DNA of 64,000 bases, taken from the NCBI GenBank assembly GCA_946500895.1, contig CAMMXG010000002.1, positions 6,574-70,573 on the forward strand. Reading direction: 5' to 3'. A program made the position numbers and the translations under genes. Numbering within the stretch: position 1 is the stretch's first letter; every line of letters starts with the position of its first letter. The stretch is from an uncultured Mycoplasma sp. GTDB taxonomy: Bacteria > Bacillota_I > Bacilli_A > RF39 > UBA660. The notes beneath the pieces are model-generated. The model was not told the origin of the DNA. It made no database searches and saw only the letters and a list, made by a program, of their open reading frames with translations. Below, one piece after another: positions 57,157 through 64,000 of the stretch.

Positions 57157-58382
57157 TATGCTGCTCCTTCTACTGTATATGGATCACTACTTGTTCCTGA
57201 ACCTGTTAATGTTACATTTGCTTTTAGATTGATTACTGGTCGGATATCATGTGTATTATCCACACCGTTGCCAATAATAAAACCGTCCGAAGCCACACGT
57301 AACACGTAAGCATAACCACCGTCGGTATAAAACGGTGACATAGTCCAATAGTTTTGACCTGTATATAAATAATAACTACTATTACTTGATAGGTATCCTC
57401 CTGCGTACCATGCTTCATCCATACTAATTAGTCCGATTGGATATTGCAATACTTTATTTCCATTTGTGCTTTTATTTGTTGTATATAAATCACTACTATT
57501 ACTACATTCAAATGTTGGCTGTTTATTATTTACTAATCTATTATACGCTCCATAATAAGTTTCTGCTGTTCCGGTTCCTCCTGAACCATTACTACTTGAT
57601 GAACTCGTACTGGGTGTTCTATCTCCGCAGAATCCTGTATTTCCATCTAAATCATCGGCATAACTTGCTAGATTATTTTGATACCATGTATCTAATACTC
57701 CTTTGATGGTACTATCACTCGTTAATCCATGCACTTGATTACTTTCATACATATATCCTACATACATATTATCAAGATAAGATGAATTGAATGCACTTGT
57801 TCCTATTTGTGTTCCTTCTCCTGTTGCGTTGGTATTTGTTCCTTGATAAATTAATCTCAATGTTCCATCTTCGTTAATTCGGATGATTCGCCAGTAAAAT
57901 CCACCAAATCGTACCCAGTTATCACTTGGGTTTCCTGCAAAGTAATATGTTCTTCCGTTAGACGTATCTGCATAATAGATTGTTCCTGTTGTTGTTTCTG
58001 TTACAGTAACACTAAAATCATCTCTTGTTAGTTGTGTTGAATAATTTGCTAAAATTGTATCTTTTACAGTTAATATATTAAAATATAAATAACAACTTGT
58101 TCCATCCGTTTCAAGATTATTTAAATATAATTTATTATCTTTCCATACTGGTGTTGTGTTATTTGTACATATACTTCTTTCAGTATTTAGAGTATATCCC
58201 GTTTGAGGCAAGCTTGATGATTCTTCATATCCTCCCTCTTCTTTTTCTATATAAAATGCTAATGAAGTATTTGTTGTATCTTCTTTTTCTTCTATTAGTA
58301 CTTGTTTTTCTTCTTTTGGTATGCTTAATATTCCTATCGTTAATACTACTATTCCTACTAAAACTAATCCTACTTTTTTCAT
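57156..58382 (-). CDS. Surface-protein paralog 4
   Basis: About 408 aa from MKKVGLVLVGIVVL (ATG 58382, GGAAG RBS). Core TGTIYYADTSNGRTYYFAGNPSDNWVRFGGFYWRIIRINEDGTLRLIYQG, NTGFCGDR and YWTMSP...IRPVINL. Confidence 0.8.
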   Translation of the reverse strand: MKKVGLVLVGIVVLTIGILSIPKEEKQVLIEEKEDTTNTSLAFYIEKEEGGYEESSSLPQTGYTLNTERSICTNNTTPVWKDNKLYLNNLETDGTSCYLYFNILTVKDTILANYSTQLTRDDFSVTVTETTTGTIYYADTSNGRTYYFAGNPSDNWVRFGGFYWRIIRINEDGTLRLIYQGTNTNATGEGTQIGTSAFNSSYLDNMYVGYMYESNQVHGLTSDSTIKGVLDTWYQNNLASYADDLDGNTGFCGDRTPSTSSSSSNGSGGTGTAETYYGAYNRLVNNKQPTFECSNSSDLYTTNKSTNGNKVLQYPIGLISMDEAWYAGGYLSSNSSYYLYTGQNYWTMSPFYTDGGYAYVLRVASDGFIIGNGVDNTHDIRPVINLKANVTLTGSGTSSDPYTVEGAA

Positions 58383-58437
58383 ATAATCTTCCTTTACTCC
58401 ATTCATTTTATATCAGATAAATACTTTATCCAAGCGA

Positions 58438-58457
58438 TTCGACAAAACTTGTCAAAG
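58438..58457 (-). promoter_or_regulatory. Conserved motif copy C upstream of the paralog 4-5 pair
   Basis: Plus strand ttcgacaaaacttgtcaaag; minus strand CTTTGACAAGTTTTGTCGAA. Confidence 0.5.
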
Positions 58458-58590
58458 TTTCTTTTTTTATAGTTATATTATGCCTATCATAATATATTTC
58501 TAATATACAATAATAGCGAGAATTAGTCAATACAATTTTCAATATTTCAGTCATTATTTTTTGGGATTTAGTCATAAAAAAATCCTATTT

Positions 58591-59715
58591 CTAGGATTTC
58601 CTATTTATTCTTTCATATTCTCTTAAAAAATAATCATCTGTCATTCCTGCTATGTAATCAATTACAATTCTTTCCTTTGTATTATTATTTCGGTATTCAG
58701 GGATCATATTTTTTAAGTAAGAATTTATGATTGGTGATGATGAATTATTTGCTTTTAAATCATCTAAATAGGTTTCAAATAAAACTTCAAATTTTTGAGT
58801 TAATTCATTTTTTTCTTCATTAGTCATTGCTTTGTAATAAATATGTTCGTAATTAAATTTTTTTAATTCAACAATAGCTGCAAATACATCATCACTTAAT
58901 TTAATGTAATTTTTATTAATACTATTTTTGATAATATCCATAATACAAGTATTTACAATATCTTTAGTTGTACTTCCAAGTATTTTCGTAATACTCTCAG
59001 GTATTTCTTCTCTATCTAAAACTTTTAATCTTACAGCATCATCGATATCTCTTCCAAGATAAGCAATTAAATCACTTACTCTTACTACACAACCTTCTAG
59101 TGTCATAGGTCGCATTTTAGCTAAAACATTTTTATCTTGATAACTACTTTTGTATTCTTCTAAAAATTCTTTGACTGTTTTTTTTCTAGGTTTATATTCA
59201 CCTAAAGCAAATTCACCATTGTGACACATAATCGCATCTAAAACTTGAACTGTTATATTTAATCCTTTTCCATAATTTTCTATATACATTAAATTTCTAA
59301 CACTTTCAATATTATGATTAAAATATCCTTCTCCATGTTTCAAGCTTAAATCATTTAAGATATATTCTCCTTGATGCCCGAAGGGAACATGGCCTAAATC
59401 ATGACCTAAGGCAGACGCTTCTATTAAATCTTCATTTAAACCTAAAGCTCTACCTATTGTTCTTGCTATTTTACTTACAAACTGGACATGAATCATTCTT
59501 CTTGCTACATGATCATGACTTGTATTTGAAAATACTTGAGTTTTATCTTGATATCTTATGAATGCTAAAGAATAAATAATGCGATCTATATCTCTAAAAT
59601 AAGGTGTTCTAATATCATTTTTATTTGGTTTTAAATAAATTGCTTCTTCATCTCTACAAGCATACTCGCTTAAATATTCATTATGATTCATTTTTAAATA
59701 TATTTCTTCTTTCAT
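58591..59715 (-). CDS. HD-domain dNTP triphosphohydrolase-like protein
   Basis: HDLGHVPFGH and the dGTPase-like layout. Start MKEEIYLK at 59715 after GGAGGG. Confidence 0.8.
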   Translation of the reverse strand: MKEEIYLKMNHNEYLSEYACRDEEAIYLKPNKNDIRTPYFRDIDRIIYSLAFIRYQDKTQVFSNTSHDHVARRMIHVQFVSKIARTIGRALGLNEDLIEASALGHDLGHVPFGHQGEYILNDLSLKHGEGYFNHNIESVRNLMYIENYGKGLNITVQVLDAIMCHNGEFALGEYKPRKKTVKEFLEEYKSSYQDKNVLAKMRPMTLEGCVVRVSDLIAYLGRDIDDAVRLKVLDREEIPESITKILGSTTKDIVNTCIMDIIKNSINKNYIKLSDDVFAAIVELKKFNYEHIYYKAMTNEEKNELTQKFEVLFETYLDDLKANNSSSPIINSYLKNMIPEYRNNNTKERIVIDYIAGMTDDYFLREYERINRKS

Positions 59716-59774
59716 TATACCCTCCTTTTTCACTATATCAAAAATTAAAGAAAAAATAAATCCTAAAATAGGAT

Positions 59775-61166
59775 TTATATTTCAAAATAAGTAGATAAAT
59801 TTAATTTATCTAAAACATTCATGAAATTTTCGTAGAAAACTAATGCTTCTTCTTCACTTAAAGTATTTACATCAACACTATTTTCTATATCGATATTTTC
59901 TAATTCTTCTTTTGTTATTTCCATATTTCCAGTTAATTCAAAATTTATTTCTTCGCCATAACTATTCATATTATATTTTAAAACAATATCTTCTGATATA
60001 GAATTTTTGCTATATTTCATATTACTTATTTCTATTATCATATTTAATTCATCACCATAATCACTCATGGTTAATTCTATTTTTCGAGTATTTTCTTCCC
60101 AAGTGATGGTAAGAGCAAAAATTTCTTCATCATATTCATTGTAAGCTATATAGGTGATATTATTTTCATTTTTAATGGTAAAATTAGTATATTCATCACC
60201 AATAAACATATTAAAGATATCATCTTGATTAGTAAAACGAATTACTGCTTCTTCTTTGGTACCAATATTTCCAGCGATTACTTTCATACCACCATTCGTA
60301 TATAAATTAATATAGATATCTTCATAATTACTATAATCAATATCTTCTTTTAAAGCATTTTCTAAATCAGAGGTAGAAATACCAATAATATGCGATAATG
60401 CATTCATTAATTCTTCATCTTTTATCATTTCTTCTCTAATATAATTTAGAGTTCTTTCCATATTAGCTTGATCTAAAAGATAAGTAAATTTTTTAGCTTT
60501 TATTTCTTTACCATTTACACTAATTGTTTCTTCTGATGTAGAAAATTTACTACTATCTAAAGAATTAATTATAATTGGTTTCATTTTACTTAAAGTAATA
60601 TCTAAATCTTCATAAGTATAAAAGCCTTCTTCTATTTGTAGTTCACTAAAATCAAATTCGGATACACCTAAATCTAAAACTTTACTATATAACTCATCAC
60701 TTTTCATGTAAGCTCTATCATTCATAAAAGCTAAAAGTAAACTCAAAATATTTTCATTATCATCACTTAGTCCTAAAGATAAATTCATTTGTTCTTTAGA
60801 AGGATTTACTCCTATAGATAATTGATATTCATAATTTTTTAAAGCCTTTAATTCTTCCATGTTAGTATCTAAAGTAAATGATGTATTGATTGTTAATGGC
60901 TCTTCTTTTAAATTGATGCTCATCGTGTTTTTAACATTTTCTTCAAAAAAATTATTTGCTAAATCATATGTTTCATTAATTACTTTTTTATAAATACTTA
61001 AAGGATTAGATGTTAACCTCTGATAGCCAAAAAATAAACCTATAGCAGCAGCAATAATTAATAAGATTAATATTATTAAAAATTTTTTCCTTTTCCTCTT
61101 TTTTGGTTTCTCTGAGGCATTCACACTTTCTTCCACTACTTCTTCGTTTTTGATTTCTTCATTCAT
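59775..61166 (-). CDS. Membrane-anchored protein of unknown function
   Basis: Basic stretch KKRKRKK, then the TM FLIILILLIIAAAIGLFF, then a roughly 400-aa extracytoplasmic domain. No family recognised. Confidence 0.5.
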   Translation of the reverse strand: MNEEIKNEEVVEESVNASEKPKKRKRKKFLIILILLIIAAAIGLFFGYQRLTSNPLSIYKKVINETYDLANNFFEENVKNTMSINLKEEPLTINTSFTLDTNMEELKALKNYEYQLSIGVNPSKEQMNLSLGLSDDNENILSLLLAFMNDRAYMKSDELYSKVLDLGVSEFDFSELQIEEGFYTYEDLDITLSKMKPIIINSLDSSKFSTSEETISVNGKEIKAKKFTYLLDQANMERTLNYIREEMIKDEELMNALSHIIGISTSDLENALKEDIDYSNYEDIYINLYTNGGMKVIAGNIGTKEEAVIRFTNQDDIFNMFIGDEYTNFTIKNENNITYIAYNEYDEEIFALTITWEENTRKIELTMSDYGDELNMIIEISNMKYSKNSISEDIVLKYNMNSYGEEINFELTGNMEITKEELENIDIENSVDVNTLSEEEALVFYENFMNVLDKLNLSTYFEI

Positions 61167-61197
61167 AAACATACACCTCTTCTAATTTATTCTATTC

Positions 61198-63036
61198 TTA
61201 TTGTAACAAAGATTTTTTATTTTGCCTATCCTGTTTTCTGATTTTTCTGTAAACACTGTTTATTTTTTTCATAAGCATTCGATAGATAATAATGAATAAT
61301 ATTGTACTTAAAGTAATTAAGATAAATAATATGCTAATAAATATATTTAAAGCTTGCTTTTGTTCTTCTAATTCTTGTTTTTGTTCCTCTAACTTTTGAT
61401 ATTCTTGAATTAAAAGTCTTGCTTCAATTTCATTTTCTTCATCCGTTTTACTACTGTAATTCAAAAAATATTCTTTTACTTTTGTAGTTAATTCATTTTC
61501 TTCTCTTTCATAGTAAGTCATTAATGTTTCTATATATTTTGGAATTTCATATAATGAAGGAGCAAGTGGACTATTTGTTAGACCTAAATTATTTAAATCT
61601 TCAAATATACCCGCAACAGAATATAATAGATTTTCTTCTCCTTTTAAACTAAAGAATTCTAAACCATACGGAAATTCATTGATATATCCCATTGGAACAG
61701 TAATAGATGGATAACCGATGACACTTCCTAAAAAGCTACCAGGAGCAGAAGCACTACTGCCACTACTTAAGGTAAATACTTTATTTTTGGTTGTGGGATA
61801 AACTATTAAATCTAAATCATAACTTTTAAATACTTCTAAAATATGATTTTCAAATACCTCTTTTTCTTCTAAAATATCTTCTAAATCATATGTCCAAGCA
61901 CCATTGCAGCCTGATAAATAGCCATTCAAATTATAGATTTTTCCACTTGATAAAGCTAACTCTCGAAAACTCCTAATTGTACCGATTGTTCCTGTAATAT
62001 ATTCATTAAAACCATCACAAAATGAATCTCCACTCATCGTACCTGTTGCTATATTATAATAATATCTGTCTATTAATTCATCGATATAAATAATCTCTGC
62101 TCCAGCATTTTCTAATAATTCTATTTTAGCATTTGCTAAATTATAAATATCCTCATCCGTTTCACTATTTACTCGAATACTAGTAGAACTTCCCTTTAAA
62201 TAGCTATTTATTACACCAATTTTAATGCCTTCTAAACTTTCCAAATTAGGTTCATAAGTTTTTTCTTCTTCATTTATAATACTTAATATAAGGGCATTAT
62301 CTTCTACGGTTTTGGATAAAACTCCTACTGTATCTCTAAGAGTATCATATGGGATTACCCCATCGGTGCTAATTAGGTTTAGGCTTGGACGTAAACCAAC
62401 TAAACCTGCCGCAGCAGCTGGAAGTCTTACTGATGAATTCGTATCGGTTCCAAGAGATGCAGAGGCAAAAGATAGAGCAACAGCAACTGCGCTACCACCA
62501 CTAGAACCATAAGGAGTATAACGCGTATTAAAAGTATTTCTCACATTGCCATAACTACTATTCGAATTACTAGCAGCAAAAGCAAATTCACTCATATTCG
62601 TACTAGCTAAAATTATCGCACCAGCATCCTTTAGCTTTTTAATTACTTCAGCATCTTCTAAAGGATAATTATCACTTAGAGCTGTCGCACCAGCGGTCGT
62701 TGCAAGTCCTGTGGCGTCTATGTTTGTTTTAACAACAATAGGAATACCATGTAAAATACTTCTGATGTGTCCCTCTTCTCTTTCCTCGTCTAAAGATGCA
62801 GCTTCCTCTAAAGCATTTTCATTAATTTCTCTTATCGCATTAAATTCATCATCATATGCTTCAATACGTTCTAAATATAGAGTTACTAATAATTCACTCG
62901 TTAAATATCCCTTATCTAGGGCATCTGCTATATCAGTGATGCTCATATTTGTAATATCGACAACCGCTGCAGTACTAGCAAAAACAGTTATAGGATATAT
63001 TAAAATTAAAATAAATATTGTTTCAATCCACTTCAT
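61198..63036 (-). CDS. Amidase-signature family protein with signal peptide and C-terminal TM anchor
   Basis: GSSGGSAVAVA...GTDTNSSVRLPAA amidase signature, N-terminal signal-like segment, C-terminal ILFILITLSTILFIIIY. Confidence 0.8.
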   Translation of the reverse strand: MKWIETIFILILIYPITVFASTAAVVDITNMSITDIADALDKGYLTSELLVTLYLERIEAYDDEFNAIREINENALEEAASLDEEREEGHIRSILHGIPIVVKTNIDATGLATTAGATALSDNYPLEDAEVIKKLKDAGAIILASTNMSEFAFAASNSNSSYGNVRNTFNTRYTPYGSSGGSAVAVALSFASASLGTDTNSSVRLPAAAAGLVGLRPSLNLISTDGVIPYDTLRDTVGVLSKTVEDNALILSIINEEEKTYEPNLESLEGIKIGVINSYLKGSSTSIRVNSETDEDIYNLANAKIELLENAGAEIIYIDELIDRYYYNIATGTMSGDSFCDGFNEYITGTIGTIRSFRELALSSGKIYNLNGYLSGCNGAWTYDLEDILEEKEVFENHILEVFKSYDLDLIVYPTTKNKVFTLSSGSSASAPGSFLGSVIGYPSITVPMGYINEFPYGLEFFSLKGEENLLYSVAGIFEDLNNLGLTNSPLAPSLYEIPKYIETLMTYYEREENELTTKVKEYFLNYSSKTDEENEIEARLLIQEYQKLEEQKQELEEQKQALNIFISILFILITLSTILFIIIYRMLMKKINSVYRKIRKQDRQNKKSLLQ

Positions 63037-63255
63037 AATAAACCTCATCTATATTATATATGATAATCAAAATAAAAGAAAATAAAAAAGCAAGTATTAG
63101 TGTCGAATTTTGTCGAACTCTTTTTCTTGCTTTTTTAATTAACTTCATTCATAATAAATAATCGTTATTTACTGGTGGTAGCGCCTGCTTCATTTGATGA
63201 GTAGTTTAAACTGCTTGAGTATTCAGGGGTTTTTTATGAAAGACAGGTGATGTAA

Positions 63256-63327
63256 ATGGACGAGGAAAAAAAGTACTTATTCATTATAATAATTCTACTT
63301 GTTTTAGTTCTACTAAAAGCAATGTAG
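63256..63327 (+). CDS. Candidate 23-aa hydrophobic peptide (type I toxin-like)
   Basis: AGGTGA RBS 5 nt before the ATG; MDEEKKYLFIIIILLVLVLLKAM. Enclosed by an imperfect inverted repeat, 63174-63188 / 63368-63383. Confidence 0.3.
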   Translation: MDEEKKYLFIIIILLVLVLLKAM

Positions 63328-63462
63328 AAGAAAAGACGCTAACGAAAGTATAGCGTCTGCCCAAAATGCAGGCGTTATCCACCAAGTGAATAACACTTAC
63401 ATATTTATTTTACGTTATTTTTTAATTAATTACAATTTACATTTCATTTACAATATAAATGC

Positions 63463-64000
63463 TTAAAGTAATTTCTTTAAAAAATCTTTACTTTTTAAAT
63501 ATAAACCTGTATATCTATCATAATATGTGTTCAAAAAATGGTTAATTTCATTTTTTACTTTATCACTTATTTTTAATTTACTTATACTTTTGATATCAAC
63601 ATAATAATACATACGCAATAACTCAATGGATTTTTTATCAACTATTATTTCCTGCTGATAACATTTATTACAAATGTACCCTCCTCTGTCACCATCAATA
63701 GTAATAATTCCTACTTTAGCACCACATGATACACATGAATCTAAATTAAGTCCTACTCCTAAATAATCTAAATATTTTATTTCAAGAATATTAGCAATTA
63801 TTAATGGATCTAATCCTGATTCGATTTTTAAAATAGCATTTATATAATCTTCATATATATTATCTGTTGTTTGTTTTAATACTTGAGTTGTAAGTTCAGT
63901 TATATAGTTGACATAGCTAAGTAATGTTATGTCATTTTTTATTTTACTTAAAGGATTTATCACATCTACACTACTTAAAGTAGATAATTTATTTTCTTTG
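63463..64000 (-). CDS. recO: DNA repair protein RecO, N-terminal part beyond the window edge
   Basis: CVSCGAK...GGYICNKC zinc motif. The reading frame stays open upstream of the listed GVG start to nt 64000 (KENKLSTLSSVD...). Confidence 0.7.
   Translation of the reverse strand, partial: KENKLSTLSSVDVINPLSKIKNDITLLSYVNYITELTTQVLKQTTDNIYEDYINAILKIESGLDPLIIANILEIKYLDYLGVGLNLDSCVSCGAKVGIITIDGDRGGYICNKCYQQEIIVDKKSIELLRMYYYVDIKSISKLKISDKVKNEINHFLNTYYDRYTGLYLKSKDFLKKLL

Noticed and set aside
63090-63135. AAAAAAGCAAG ... CTTGCTTTTTT as a terminator or mobile-element end upstream of the amidase gene.
   Set aside because: The stem is only about 5-6 G/C-poor bp around a loop of about 35 nt. It is more likely promoter-region A/T tracts flanking the TTCGACA direct repeat.
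1-64000. CRISPR arrays, rRNA genes, IS elements, integrases or prophage structural genes.
   Set aside because: No regularly spaced direct repeats, no rRNA-like conserved stretches and no transposase, integrase or phage morphogenesis motifs were seen on either strand.

Overview
AT-rich, low-GC Firmicute-type chromosomal window with almost every gene on the minus strand. sigK with a pro-sequence plus CotF-, YlbD/YlbE- and YjcZ-like ORFs suggest an endospore-forming lineage. The housekeeping backbone is ileS with a T-box leader, a phosphohexomutase, an ABC exporter, rluA-family, metA, gltX with a tRNA-Glu(CUC), sigK, gmk, mutL, yqeH/yqeG, parC, mraZ-rsmH-ftsL-PBP2B, prsA, recX, a dNTPase, an amidase and recO.

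The main finding is a complete diversity-generating retroelement (DGR) at 18.3-21.9 kb. It has a DGR-type reverse transcriptase (IGNLTSQ, YMDD), an Avd-like four-helix-bundle ORF and a non-coding AAC-rich template repeat (TR, about 20228-20329). The matching variable repeat (VR, about 20770-20871) lies at the 3' end of a membrane-anchored surface-protein gene. By hand alignment, 20 of the 21 TR/VR differences fall on TR adenines of the coding strand.

Three aspects of this DGR are unusual:
- Two paralogous MutS-domain-I-like mini-ORFs bracket the TR.
- The target belongs to a five-member paralog family in this window (20692, 30834, 41300, 55426, 57156), and the members differ most at the VR-equivalent segment.
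- Three promoter regions of the family share a 20-nt TTCGACAAAACTTGTCAAAA motif, and XRE regulators lie near several of the loci.

Other items worth checking:
- A GC-richer FIST-ALDH-SDR cassette flanked by decayed accessory genes: a DUF1016 fragment, a RhuM-Doc fusion and a frameshifted ORF6N.
- A LexA-box-like site in front of a Y-family polymerase/YolD pair next to the DGR.
- A His-rich leader ORF with a four-way alternative-pairing attenuator upstream of a 494-aa unknown gene and an LD-carboxypeptidase.
- A candidate type I toxin-like 23-aa hydrophobic ORF enclosed by a long-range inverted repeat.
- Two unlisted YjcZ-like micro-ORFs.
- A 1035-aa repeat-rich membrane protein of unknown function.

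No CRISPR array, rRNA, transposase or integrase was seen. All coordinates and counts were derived by eye; small boundaries may be off by a few nt.
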